A DNA stretch of 32,000 bases from Alkanindiges sp. WGS2144 (GCF_043950625.1 NZ_CP171007.1), one strand, 5' to 3'; positions 13,235 to 24,022 are shown, counted from the stretch's first letter. Numbers and translations: made by a program. Notes: generated by a model from the letters alone, not told the origin.

Positions 13235-14245
13235 CTAAATCAATCCGGCTTTTTTAAGCTCACTTTTTAGGTAAGCATAATAAATAGGTGCAGCAACCAG
13301 TCCTGCAAGGCCAAAAGCACCCTGAAACACGAGCATGGCAATCAGTACTTCCCAGGAATTGGCTTCAATTTTGGTACCTACAATTTTGGCATTTAAAAAG
13401 TACTCAAGCTTGTGAATTAAAATAAGGTAGCTTAGGGCAGCTACTGCAACCGGTAACGAGACCGTCAGGCCGGCAATAAACACCAGCGTATTGGACACCA
13501 GATTACCTACCACAGGTAGCAGGCCCAGGATAAATGTCAGAATCACCAAAGTTTTGGCAAATGGCAGGTGAATACCAAAAATAGGCAATGCGATCACCAG
13601 AAAAACGCCGGATAAAATAGTATTGATACTGGAGATTTTTAACTGGGCAAAGACAATATTTCTAAATGCATCAGCTAGCGTGCTAACACGATTAATCAGC
13701 TCTGTTTTAAAGGTTGGTGGCTGCTCTTTAGGCCTGACCTGATGCAGGGAAACAATCGCGCCAAGTACCATACCAATCAACATGGTAATAAAGGCATGCA
13801 GTACATATTTGCCAGTATGCTGCAACAGGGCAAAGTTGCGCTGAATCCACTCCATGATCTGGTTTTTTAATTCTTCAACACTGGTAGGTAAATAACCCGG
13901 CAAATAAATAGCAAGCTGGGTTTGCAGATCCTGTAACACCAAAGTAATTCGGTGACTAAATGCAGAAGCTCCTCGAACATCATGGATAATAAAGCCCACC
14001 AGACTGCCAATACTTAAGATTAAAAAGCTAACCACTACAATACTTAATACAGCAACCACGGTTAAGCGGGCACGGCGTCCATGAATAAAGCGCTCAAAAT
14101 AGGGCGTTAACGCATTGACCAGCTCATGCACCAGAAAACCGGCAATAAAACAGGGCAGCAGATTTAAGGGAATAAGAAGCAGCAAGCCCGTTGCTACAAT
14201 AATATAGCTGGCAATTAAGGCTTGTCTGGGATTCAACAGTTGCAT
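13235..14245 (-). CDS. AI-2E family transporter (PerM/YdiK-like, UPF0118) polytopic membrane protein
   Basis: About 336 aa from the ATG at 14245, which follows an AGGAAAA Shine-Dalgarno-like sequence. It has about 8 hydrophobic helices, and its size and C-terminal GLAGLVAAPIYYAY region are typical of the family. The 37-aa N-terminal extension in the track ORF looks non-coding. Confidence 0.65.
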   Translation of the reverse strand: MQLLNPRQALIASYIIVATGLLLLIPLNLLPCFIAGFLVHELVNALTPYFERFIHGRRARLTVVAVLSIVVVSFLILSIGSLVGFIIHDVRGASAFSHRITLVLQDLQTQLAIYLPGYLPTSVEELKNQIMEWIQRNFALLQHTGKYVLHAFITMLIGMVLGAIVSLHQVRPKEQPPTFKTELINRVSTLADAFRNIVFAQLKISSINTILSGVFLVIALPIFGIHLPFAKTLVILTFILGLLPVVGNLVSNTLVFIAGLTVSLPVAVAALSYLILIHKLEYFLNAKIVGTKIEANSWEVLIAMLVFQGAFGLAGLVAAPIYYAYLKSELKKAGLI

Positions 14246-14474
14246 TGATTTTCCTGGCTGAAGATTGAGCTTTTGTTCTGCATACCTTAAATAGTATTGC
14301 AGAAATCTAGCTGATCCTGATGGATATTGCACTCGAAAAATGGCGCGTACGTGCACAAAATGCTAATAATACGAATATATACAAACACCCCAAGGTTTGA
14401 GCTATGATAGGTCAAGTCGAATCAATTAGTTAGATGCAAGTCATTAGTCCGTCTAAAGACAGTCAGGTGCCCGG

Positions 14475-15776
14475 GTGAGCTTATTTCAACATTTTGTCAT
14501 AATCGGGATATTGGTACTTGCTTCGGCATTTTTGTCCATCTCGGAAATTGCCTTTGCCGCTGCCCGCAAGATAAAACTCAAGCTACTAGCAGAAAGTGGC
14601 GATATTCGTGCAGCCAGGGTATTGTCCCTACAGGAACAGCCGGGAAATTTTTTTGCCACCACCCAGATTGGTTTAAATGCAGTAGCCATTTTGGGAGGTA
14701 TTTTAGGTGAGTCTGCCTTTCGCCCCTATTTTATTCATCTGGTTAAACTGGTTTATACAGGCTCATGGGCTGAAAGTACCGGTTTTGCACTGTCCTTTAT
14801 TTTTGTCACCTCCATTTTTGTCCTGTTTGCCGACCTGATTCCAAAGCGGCTGGCCATGATCGCTCCAGAGAGAATAGCACTGACAGTGATCAGTCCGATT
14901 AACTGGGTTATCCGCATTTGTAAACCGCTGGCATTTATCATGAATATGCTGGCAAATGTGCTGTTTCGCCTGTTTAAGGTCAATACAATCCGCGATGATA
15001 ATTTAACCTTTGATGATATCTCGGCCATTGTAGACGCTGGTGCCCAGGCAGGGGTGCTGCAACAACAGGAACATCACTTTATTGAAAATGTGTTTGAGCT
15101 GGAATCACGTACTGTTCCCTCCTCCATGACTACCCGTGAAAATGTGGTGTTTTTCTCTATTAAGGAAAGTGAAGGCAGTATCCGCAAAAAAATTGCCGAG
15201 TACCCACACTCCAAGTTTCTGGTATGCAATGAAGATATTGACCATGTGATTGGCTATATTGATACCAAGGATATTTTGATCCGGATTTTAAACAACCAGT
15301 CCCTGCTGCAACTCAACGAGACCACCATTCGTAGTGTATTAACCATTCCTGATACCTTGACCTTGTCTGAGTTACTGGATCGCTTTCGTTCTACTAAGGA
15401 AAAGCTGGCAGTTGTCATTAATGAATATGCGCTGGTAGTCGGCATGATTACTTTAAGTGATGTGATGAGTACGGTGATGGGCGACTGGGTCAGCCCAATG
15501 CAGGAAGAACAGCAGATTGTAAAACGTGATGATCTTTCGTGGCTAATTGATGGTGGTACACCAATTGAAGACCTGAAACGTGCACTGGAACTGGATATTT
15601 TACCTGAAGAAGAAAACTATGAAACCGCAGCTGGTTTTATTATGTTTATGCTGCGCAAGATTCCTAAACGCACTGATTTTGTAGAATATGATGGCTATAA
15701 ATTCGAAGTAGTAGATATTGACCATTACAAGATTGATCAGCTACTGGTTACGCAGATTAGTGAACCTGTCGAATAG
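14475..15776 (+). CDS. DUF21(CNNM)-CBS-CorC_HlyC family membrane protein (YtfL/TlyC hemolysin-like family)
   Basis: The 433-aa ORF has a GTG start. Its N-terminus SLFQHFVIIGILVLASAFLSISEIAFAAARKIKLKLLAESGD aligns with my recollection of the E. coli YtfL N-terminus. A CBS pair and a C-terminal CorC/HlyC-type domain (ETAAGFIMFMLRKIPKRTDFVEYDGYKFEVVD) follow. Confidence 0.85.
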   Translation: MSLFQHFVIIGILVLASAFLSISEIAFAAARKIKLKLLAESGDIRAARVLSLQEQPGNFFATTQIGLNAVAILGGILGESAFRPYFIHLVKLVYTGSWAESTGFALSFIFVTSIFVLFADLIPKRLAMIAPERIALTVISPINWVIRICKPLAFIMNMLANVLFRLFKVNTIRDDNLTFDDISAIVDAGAQAGVLQQQEHHFIENVFELESRTVPSSMTTRENVVFFSIKESEGSIRKKIAEYPHSKFLVCNEDIDHVIGYIDTKDILIRILNNQSLLQLNETTIRSVLTIPDTLTLSELLDRFRSTKEKLAVVINEYALVVGMITLSDVMSTVMGDWVSPMQEEQQIVKRDDLSWLIDGGTPIEDLKRALELDILPEEENYETAAGFIMFMLRKIPKRTDFVEYDGYKFEVVDIDHYKIDQLLVTQISEPVE

Positions 15777-15792
15777 TAGTCAATTGAGTTAT

Positions 15793-17166
15793 TCACAGCC
15801 ATTGTAGTTGTTCGCGTAGTGTTACTACCTCGCCAATAATGGTTAAGGTAGGTGCTGTAATACCACTCCCCTCCACCTTGGCAGCAATATCAGTCAATGT
15901 ACCCACCACTACCGTTTGCTCAGGCGTCGTACCTTTGGAAATCAGGGCTACCGGCATATCGGGTCGCTGACCATGCTCAATGAGTTGCTGGCAGATTTTT
16001 TCTAGGCCAATCAGGCCCATATACAGCACCAGCGTCTGATTTTCATAGACCAGCTCAGACCAAGGTAACTCTGGCGAGCCATCCTTTAAATGGCCGGTTA
16101 AAAAGCGTACACTCTGGGCATAATCCCGATGGGTTAAGGGAATACCAGCATAAGCGGCACAACCTGATGCCGCAGTAATTCCGGGAACTACCTGAAAGGG
16201 AACGCCAGCACTGAAAAGCTCTTCTATCTCCTCTCCACCCCGGCCAAAAATAAACGGATCACCACCTTTTAACCGGCAAACCCGCTTACCCTCTTGCGCC
16301 AGACGCACTAACAAAGCGTTAATTCCTTCCTGCGGTACCGTATGGTTGGCGCGTGCCTTACCTACATAAACACGGTCAGCATCACGACGGCATAAGTCCA
16401 GAATTGGCTGCGATACCAGCCGATCATGCACAATCACATCCGCTTGCTGCATTAACCTTAAGGCTTTAAAGGTCAGTAAATCTGGATCGCCTGGCCCAGC
16501 GCCAACCAGATAAACTTCACCTTGTGGATTTTGCCAGTTATCAATAAAAGCTGGCATAGCCTGACTGGCCTGCTCAATATTGCCAGCCAGTACCTGCTCC
16601 TGAATTGGGCTGGTATATAATTTTTCCCAGAAAATACGGCGCTGGTCTGGATGAACAATTTTCTTTTTAACTACGGGACGCCATTGTCCGGAAAACGCAA
16701 CCAGGTCGCCTAAGCGTGTCGGCAGCAAACCTTCAATTTGGGTACGCAACTGCCGTGCCAATACGGGTGAAGCGCCGCCAGTCGCAATGGAAATGATCAG
16801 CGGTGAACGATCAACAATAGCCGGCATCATAAAACGGCAATGCGGTGGGTCATCAACCGAATTCACCAGCACATTTTTGGCTTCGCAATCAGCAAAAACC
16901 TGTGCATTCACCGTCGCGTTGTTAGTCGCCGCAATAACCAGCCGATAGTCATTTATCCGTACCTGATCGCTATAAGCCTGCTGCGCATACTGGCCGCCAC
17001 TTTGCTCAACCAATGCCCGTAATTGAGGCTCAATTATTGGCGCCAGCACATCTATACGAGCACCTGCATCAGCCAGCAGCTGTGCTTTACGCCATGCAAT
17101 ATTTCCCCCTCCCACCAGCAGGCAGCGCTGTCGGACAAGCTTTAAGCTAATGGGCAATAAATCCAC
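15793..17166 (-). CDS. cysG: Siroheme synthase (uroporphyrinogen-III C-methyltransferase / precorrin-2 dehydrogenase / sirohydrochlorin ferrochelatase)
   Basis: The 457-aa ORF has a GTG start. The N-terminal Rossmann motif is CLLVGGGNIAWRKAQLL and the C-terminal SUMT motifs are VYLVGAGPGDPDLLT and RLKGGDPFIFGRGGEE. Confidence 0.93.
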   Translation of the reverse strand: MDLLPISLKLVRQRCLLVGGGNIAWRKAQLLADAGARIDVLAPIIEPQLRALVEQSGGQYAQQAYSDQVRINDYRLVIAATNNATVNAQVFADCEAKNVLVNSVDDPPHCRFMMPAIVDRSPLIISIATGGASPVLARQLRTQIEGLLPTRLGDLVAFSGQWRPVVKKKIVHPDQRRIFWEKLYTSPIQEQVLAGNIEQASQAMPAFIDNWQNPQGEVYLVGAGPGDPDLLTFKALRLMQQADVIVHDRLVSQPILDLCRRDADRVYVGKARANHTVPQEGINALLVRLAQEGKRVCRLKGGDPFIFGRGGEEIEELFSAGVPFQVVPGITAASGCAAYAGIPLTHRDYAQSVRFLTGHLKDGSPELPWSELVYENQTLVLYMGLIGLEKICQQLIEHGQRPDMPVALISKGTTPEQTVVVGTLTDIAAKVEGSGITAPTLTIIGEVVTLREQLQWL

Positions 17167-17199
17167 AACATTTACTCAACTGGCTGATAAGTTACAGGT

Positions 17200-18558
<1,359 letters not shown>

Positions 18559-18606
18559 TTATTTTTATTCAGTTGAGGCTGGATGAAGGTAGAGAGTAAA
18601 AATAAT

Positions 18607-18635
18607 TAAAAAAATGACCAGTCGAAACTGGCCAT
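18607..18635 (-). terminator. Rho-independent terminator of lolA
   Basis: The minus strand reads ATGGCCAGT-TTCG-ACTGGTCAT, a 9-bp stem with one G:U pair. TTTTTTT follows. It lies 15 nt after the lolA stop. Confidence 0.75.
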
Positions 18636-18649
18636 GAGGAAAACTGAAA

Positions 18650-19387
18650 TTACTCGTCAATCACATCAGTGCCTTTGGGGGGCGTAAAGTTAAAGAGGTT
18701 ACTATTTAAACTGGGGTTAAGCTTGACATTACTAAAGGTAATCGTGGTCTGCTGCCCTAGTGAGTCCTTTAAAATCATTTGTGAGGGTGCATTGTTGGTA
18801 AAGCGAATGCCCAGACTTTCAAATACGCCTTCTTCATTTTTTGGATACAGTACAAAATAGGGAGTATTGGCATCGGGTTGGGTTACCCGGAATGACTTCA
18901 TGATGGTATTGGCCTGACCTGACAATAACAATGCTGGTGTGTTACCTACCTGATCATCCAGTTTCTGCCGCACAGCCTGCTCCAGATCAGGATCATAAAT
19001 CCATACGGTTTGACCACTGGCGACAATCAGCTGCTTCGATGGGCTAGTAGTTTCCCAGCGAAATTGCCCTGGACGCTTAACCTGCATCGTGCCGCTAAAC
19101 TTTTGGTTTAAATGGCTGCTTTTGAGGCTACGGTTAACCGCAGGACGCTTGGCTGCAGTATTAGTGGCCTGGGTAGTCTGGCTAAAGCTGGCTTCCAGAC
19201 TGTTTACCCGGGACAGGTACTGGTTTAACTTTGTGGCAGCGGCGCTTTCATTCACGACCGCCGGTGCCGCATTCACTGCTGTGCTTACTAGCAGAGGTGC
19301 TGCTAGCACAGCTCCTGATGCCATCATCAGGGTGGCAACTTTAAGTGGTGCAATGAGTGTATGTTGTACTTTTTTCATCATTTTCAT
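18650..19387 (-). CDS. lolA: Outer-membrane lipoprotein carrier protein LolA
   Basis: The 245-aa ORF has a signal peptide (KKVQHTLIAPLKVATLMMASGAVLAAP). Its LolA blocks (SLEASFSQTT, MQVKRPGQFRWET, GQTVWIYDPDLEQA, GNTPALLLSG, FNFTPPKGTDVIDE) align with E. coli LolA as I remember it. The exact start among the MKMMKK methionines is uncertain. Confidence 0.88.
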   Translation of the reverse strand: MKMMKKVQHTLIAPLKVATLMMASGAVLAAPLLVSTAVNAAPAVVNESAAATKLNQYLSRVNSLEASFSQTTQATNTAAKRPAVNRSLKSSHLNQKFSGTMQVKRPGQFRWETTSPSKQLIVASGQTVWIYDPDLEQAVRQKLDDQVGNTPALLLSGQANTIMKSFRVTQPDANTPYFVLYPKNEEGVFESLGIRFTNNAPSQMILKDSLGQQTTITFSNVKLNPSLNSNLFNFTPPKGTDVIDE

Positions 19388-19600
19388 AAATAAAACCTGT
19401 TGGCTAATTTATCCAGTTCACAAGTATCCGGTCAGCTCAATACTATGCCCACTAAACTGTGGAGATTCTAGCTTACAAATGTGTCTGCTCACCAAAAAAG
19501 TGCAAGGTTTTTCCATACTTGACTTAGGCTTAAGCAGTTTCAGCATGATTTTGTAATGGTTTTTCTCGCTGTAAAAGCAATTGGGAACCCAGGGGGCAAT

Positions 19601-19628
19601 AAAAAACCCGCTACATGAGCGGGTTTTT
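19601..19628 (-). terminator. Rho-independent terminator after rplU-rpmA (symmetrical A-run/T-run, potentially bidirectional)
   Basis: The sequence is AAAAAACCCGCT-ACATG-AGCGGGTTTTT, a 6-bp GC-rich stem extended by A:T pairs. Confidence 0.8.
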
Positions 19629-19654
19629 AAGGCGACTGCCGTCACTCGGGGCAA

Positions 19655-19912
19655 TTAGGCACCTACTACAGAAACGTAGCGACGGCCAAAAGCACCTTTA
19701 ACTTCAAACTTTACCACACCGTCAGTGGTAGCAAACAGGGTATGGTCACGGCCAATACCAACATTTGCACCAGGATGGAATTCGGTACCGCGCTGACGCA
19801 CGATGATGTTACCAGCAACAACGGTTTGACCGCCGTAAACTTTTACACCCAGCATCTTTGGATTAGAGTCACGACCGTTTCGTGTCGATCCACCCGCTTT
19901 TTTGTGAGCCAT
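19655..19912 (-). CDS. rpmA: 50S ribosomal protein L27
   Basis: The 85-aa ORF begins [29 protein letters not shown] and contains [10 protein letters not shown]. Confidence 0.97.
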   Translation of the reverse strand: MAHKKAGGSTRNGRDSNPKMLGVKVYGGQTVVAGNIIVRQRGTEFHPGANVGIGRDHTLFATTDGVVKFEVKGAFGRRYVSVVGA

Positions 19913-19932
19913 GTCTTATACTCCTCGTAGGT

Positions 19933-20244
19933 TTAGCCGTTGATACCGGTAATTTTTAGCTCGGTAAACCATTGACGGTGACCTTGCTGCTTACGGTAGT
20001 GCTTACGACGACGCATTTTAATAATGCGGATTTTGTCGTGGCGACCATGGCTAACTACTTCTGCAGTGACTGTGGCACCGGCAACAACTGGTGCGCCAAT
20101 TTGAATGCTTTCGCCATTAACAACCATTAAAACATCATCAAATGTCAGGGTTGATCCGGTTTCAGCCTTTAACAGTTCAACTTTTAGTGTTTCGCCAACC
20201 ACCACACGGTGCTGCTTGCCACCGCTTTGAATTACTGCGTACAT
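19933..20244 (-). CDS. rplU: 50S ribosomal protein L21
   Basis: The 103-aa ORF begins [14 protein letters not shown] and contains [16 protein letters not shown]. Confidence 0.97.
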   Translation of the reverse strand: MYAVIQSGGKQHRVVVGETLKVELLKAETGSTLTFDDVLMVVNGESIQIGAPVVAGATVTAEVVSHGRHDKIRIIKMRRRKHYRKQQGHRQWFTELKITGING

Positions 20245-20336
20245 GAATGTACTCCATCATGCCCGTGTCGTCGTGCCGATAACGGATTTTATCGATCTTA
20301 AAACGAGCGCCACTGGGGTTACTTGCAAGGGGACGT

Positions 20337-20364
20337 ATTGTAGCAAAGCCGCGCCATTTGACAA
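20337..20364 (-). promoter_or_regulatory. Candidate sigma70 promoter of rplU-rpmA
   Basis: The minus strand reads TTGTCA-(16 nt)-TACAAT, with the -35 at 20364-20359 and the -10 at 20342-20337. This predicts a leader of about 85 nt. Confidence 0.5.
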
Positions 20365-20643
20365 GAGCTGTTGAACATTTAATCACATGCTAAAAGCGGG
20401 TTAAAACCCACCATCAAGGCTGTGCTTTTGCATAAATGCTGTGAATCTATCAGTTTTATTACTTTATTTAAAATTAATCCGGCAAATATAATACTGGAAG
20501 TTCTTGGCCTTGCTCGGTAGCATACTTCGACAAGCAGTTCATCCTGTATGGATTATATGTCCGTTTTTGCATGTTATTTTTAGATAAAGCGACGGGTCTA
20601 TATTTATATCAAAACGGTAGCCGTCTTTAGGGGTTATAAACAA

Positions 20644-21618
20644 ATGGTTGATTTTAATCAGGATATTCTAGCACCCGTTGCTGCTGATTTTGCCGCAATG
20701 GATCATTTTATTCATACAGGCATTAACTCCAAGGTACCACTGGTCATGTCAGTGAGCCGCTATGTGGTTGAGGCTGGTGGCAAACGGATGCGGCCCCTCA
20801 TGTGCCTGCTGGCTGCACGTGCCTGCCTGGATCAGGATAGTGAAGCCAATCTGCGTCTGGCGGCTGTGGTTGAAATGCTGCACACCGCAACGCTGGTTCA
20901 TGATGATGTGGTCGATGAATCCGGCCTGCGGCGCGGCCGTCCAACAGCCAATGCCACCTGGGACAATCCTACGGCGGTGCTGGTTGGGGATTACCTGATT
21001 GCACGCGCCTTTGAGCTGTTGGTCAGCCTGAAAAATTTTGAGCTGTTGCAGGAGTTTTCTGCTGGTACTTGTGAAATTGCCGAAGGTGAAGTGTTGCAAT
21101 TGCAGTATCAGCATAATCCTGATACCGACGAAGCCACTTATTTAAGTATTATTCATGGCAAGACGTCGCGCCTGTTTGAACTGGCTACCGAGGGTGCTGC
21201 CATTCTGGCTGATAAACCGGAATATCAGGCAGCACTAAAAGCCTATGCCGGACACTTTGGTAATGCATTTCAGATGATTGATGATATTCTGGACTACACC
21301 TCTGATGCAGAAACACTGGGCAAGAACGTTGGTGATGACCTGATGGAAGGTAAGCCCACGCTACCCCTGATTGCTGCCATTCACCATAGTGCCGCTGCTG
21401 AGCAACAATTATTAAAACGCGCCATCCAGACAGGTGGCGTAGAATCACTTGACCAGGTCATTCAGATTGTACAGCATTCCGGGGCGCTTGATTATTGCCG
21501 CAAGCGTGCCACCGAAGAAACGCAACTTGCAATAAATGCCCTGTCCTGTCTACCACAATCAACGTATCGCGCAGCACTGGAAAATCTGGCACGACTGGCC
21601 TTAAATCGCTTAAGTTAA
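20644..21618 (+). CDS. ispB: Octaprenyl-diphosphate synthase (trans-polyprenyl diphosphate synthase)
   Basis: The 324-aa ORF has a first Asp-rich motif LVHDDVVDES and a second FQMIDDILDY. It is divergent from rplU-rpmA, the conserved gammaproteobacterial arrangement. Confidence 0.92.
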   Translation: MVDFNQDILAPVAADFAAMDHFIHTGINSKVPLVMSVSRYVVEAGGKRMRPLMCLLAARACLDQDSEANLRLAAVVEMLHTATLVHDDVVDESGLRRGRPTANATWDNPTAVLVGDYLIARAFELLVSLKNFELLQEFSAGTCEIAEGEVLQLQYQHNPDTDEATYLSIIHGKTSRLFELATEGAAILADKPEYQAALKAYAGHFGNAFQMIDDILDYTSDAETLGKNVGDDLMEGKPTLPLIAAIHHSAAAEQQLLKRAIQTGGVESLDQVIQIVQHSGALDYCRKRATEETQLAINALSCLPQSTYRAALENLARLALNRLS

Positions 21619-21656
21619 AAATGGCTGCCAGCGACAATAATTTAGGAAAATAATTT

Positions 21657-23714
21657 GTGACTTCTATGACACTTGAAGGTTTGTTTTCCTGCATGGAGGA
21701 ACAGCTTCAACGAGAAGATGGCGAAATAATTTCAGCCCAGCCACTAATCGATATGGTAGCTTGTCTACGCCCCAAGAATGCCTACGATACGGCTGAGATT
21801 GAAGCACGACTGGATGAGCTCATTGCCCTGCTGATGGGTGAACCAGCACATGCCAACCTGCTGCATGACTATATATTAACGCTATTGACCAGTTATCAGC
21901 AGACTAGTCTATATGCGGATGATAGCCTGCTGAGCAACGAAGGCTTTTTTAACCTGCTCAGCCATCGCATCGGCAATTATTTTTTGCCTCCCCTGCGCAA
22001 GGATACACAGCTTAGTGATGTATTCAGGCAAATCTTTTGCCACCGCTACGATCCGGTTTGGCTGGAAAATATTGATGTAGAGCACTGGCAAACGTTTATC
22101 ACGCTGATTAGCCTGCCACAGGGACAAACCAAACTGCGCTCGCAGGCACGTGAAGAAGTGCTCAATGCGATCATGATTATTTCTTACCGGATTACCGCCT
22201 TAAGTCTGGATCCTGAGTTTGCCCATGCCTACCCTGACTTAAATGAGTATGAATCGCCGTTTTTGGTACAGAATCGCGAAATTCTGGATTTTATTCAAAA
22301 ATACCGTGATTATGCCTCAGAAGAGGTACTGCGCTGGCCACCCTTGTTGCCGGATGAAAAACAGGCGCTGGTTATGCTGGATCAATGCAGCGATGTACTC
22401 AGCCGGATTAAACGAAGTACGCGACGACACGGGGTCAGCTTAAGCCTGACCAATCTGCTCATTAAGCTGGATCAGTGCCTGGCTCGTATTGAGCTGTTGT
22501 TTGATCTGTTGCTGGATAAACCTCAGCAGGCACAGCAATCCCTGATTACACTGCTGCACCAGCTGGCACTGGCACAACATGAAACCCAGAGTATCCGAGG
22601 GGTGATTGAAGCCAATACTGAACTGTTGTCCAGGCAGGTAACCGAAAATGCCAGTCGCACCGGTGGGCACTATGTCAGCACCGACAAGCAAGGCTATATC
22701 AATATGTACCGCTCAGCAGCAGGAGCTGGCGGTATTGTAGCCATCATGGCTACGCTGAAATTGCTTATGTCCAGGTTGGCGTTGGCACCACTGAATCAGG
22801 CTTTCCTGTACAGCATGAATTATTCACTGGGTTTTATGCTGATTCATGTTATGCACTTTACCATTGCCACCAAGCAGCCTGCCATGACAGCCGCAGCGCT
22901 GGCTGCCACCATTCAGCACAACAATGCAGGTAGCCGTGCCAGCCAGATGGCTGAACTGGCTGCCCTGACTGTAAATATCATGCGCACTCAGTTTGTTGCC
23001 ATTCTGGGTAATATTTCCATTGCCATGCCAGTTGCCTTTGTGATCACCTGGGCATGGCAGGCTAATCTGGGCGAGCCTTTGCTCAACAGTCGACAGGCAG
23101 AGTACCTGCTACATAACTTAAATCCTTTTACCTCGCTGGCTATACCCCATGCAGCAATTGCCGGGGTGTTCCTGTTCCTGTCGGGTTTAATTGCTGGCTA
23201 TTATGATAATCTGGCAATTTACCGCAAAATTGGCCCGCGCCTACGTCAACATGCCCGACTGCAAAACTGGCTGGGCATTGAGCGCCTGGACAAAATGGCA
23301 GGCTACCTTGAGCGGAATCTGGGAGCGCTGGCAGGTAATTTCTGGTTTGGTGTCATGCTGGGCAGTATGGGTACAATTGGCTTTTTATTTGGCCTGCCGT
23401 TAGACATCCGGCATATTTCGTTTTCATCCGCCAACCTGATTCAAGGACTAATGTGCCTCAATGGCAGTCCGGATATTGGCCTGATTGTGGTGTCTTTTTT
23501 GGGCGTACTGCTGATTGGCCTCACAAACCTATTGGTCAGCTTTGGTTTGGCACTATATGTGGCCTTAAGAGCACGTCAGGTAAGATATGAGCAATGGAAA
23601 CCCTTGATTCGCCTGTTGATCACGCATTTTGTCACCCGGCCTTCCGATTTCTTTTGGCCCCCCAAGGATGCCAAGGGGATTGATTCCTTTGAAGACAAAT
23701 CATCTGGTAACTAG
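21657..23714 (+). CDS. Large conserved protein of unclear function, with a ~350-aa soluble helical N-terminal region and a 6-8-helix membrane domain. It is possibly the family annotated as site-specific recombinase (Gcr-like, Pfam SpecificRecomb).
   Basis: The 685-aa ORF starts 39 nt after ispB on the same strand. Hydrophobic helices include GIVAIMATLKLLMSRLALAPL, YSLGFMLIHVMHFTIA, FVAILGNISIAMPVAFVITWAW, AIAGVFLFLSGLIAGYY, FWFGVMLGSMGTIGFLFGLPL and IGLIVVSFLGVLLIGLTNLLVSFGLALYVAL. I see no recombinase catalytic motifs. The family assignment rests on remembered size and architecture, not a search. The start is ambiguous (GTG 21657, ATG 21666 or ATG 21693). Confidence 0.6.
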   Translation: MTSMTLEGLFSCMEEQLQREDGEIISAQPLIDMVACLRPKNAYDTAEIEARLDELIALLMGEPAHANLLHDYILTLLTSYQQTSLYADDSLLSNEGFFNLLSHRIGNYFLPPLRKDTQLSDVFRQIFCHRYDPVWLENIDVEHWQTFITLISLPQGQTKLRSQAREEVLNAIMIISYRITALSLDPEFAHAYPDLNEYESPFLVQNREILDFIQKYRDYASEEVLRWPPLLPDEKQALVMLDQCSDVLSRIKRSTRRHGVSLSLTNLLIKLDQCLARIELLFDLLLDKPQQAQQSLITLLHQLALAQHETQSIRGVIEANTELLSRQVTENASRTGGHYVSTDKQGYINMYRSAAGAGGIVAIMATLKLLMSRLALAPLNQAFLYSMNYSLGFMLIHVMHFTIATKQPAMTAAALAATIQHNNAGSRASQMAELAALTVNIMRTQFVAILGNISIAMPVAFVITWAWQANLGEPLLNSRQAEYLLHNLNPFTSLAIPHAAIAGVFLFLSGLIAGYYDNLAIYRKIGPRLRQHARLQNWLGIERLDKMAGYLERNLGALAGNFWFGVMLGSMGTIGFLFGLPLDIRHISFSSANLIQGLMCLNGSPDIGLIVVSFLGVLLIGLTNLLVSFGLALYVALRARQVRYEQWKPLIRLLITHFVTRPSDFFWPPKDAKGIDSFEDKSSGN

Positions 23715-23930
23715 GTGTTTAGCCCTAGATTTTAAAAAGTATTTTTGCAATATCCTACGCTGTAGAGAACAGATCAGGGTGTGATATTGCACTCTTGATT
23801 ATTAACTCATGTGTAGATGATCACTAACCAAGTTTATTTTTGGGTGAAATTAAAATATCCGGCAGAATGTCTATTGTTTTTTATCTTTTTTCTGGCTGAA
23901 GTACTCAAAAAATTTAAAAATCATCTTGAT

Positions 23931-23956
23931 AAAAGTGTACTGACTGGTACACTTTT
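23931..23956. promoter_or_regulatory. Perfect 10-bp inverted repeat with a 6-bp spacer. It is a candidate repressor operator overlapping a possible promoter upstream of the PAP2-efflux operon, or alternatively a weak AT-rich hairpin.
   Basis: AAAAGTGTAC-tgactg-GTACACTTTT lies 67 nt upstream of the PAP2 start. TTGATA (23926-23931) followed 16 nt later by TACACT (23948-23953) gives a plausible -35/-10 pair embedded in the palindrome. Confidence 0.4.
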
Positions 23957-24022
23957 GCCTGGTCTATATTAACGATAAATCAATTTCATGCCTGTTTGCA
24001 GGCAAGGTAAACAAAATTCTGG

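Noticed and set aside
15774-15795. The convergent YtfL-like gene and cysG stop codons are only 16 nt apart with no terminator hairpin, considered as a sign of antisense regulation
   Set aside because: Tight convergent ends are common in compact genomes. Nothing in the sequence itself indicates a regulatory element.
19418-19654. 78-aa minus-strand ORF filling the rpmA-lolA intergenic region
   Set aside because: It reads straight through the rpmA terminator hairpin and the probable lolA promoter. It has no Shine-Dalgarno sequence and its composition is unprotein-like.
23867-23899. 10-codon mini-ORF (MSIVFYLFSG) upstream of the PAP2-efflux operon, considered as a leader peptide
   Set aside because: It has no Shine-Dalgarno sequence and no obvious attenuator coupled to it. 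It is too short to distinguish from chance in AT-rich DNA.
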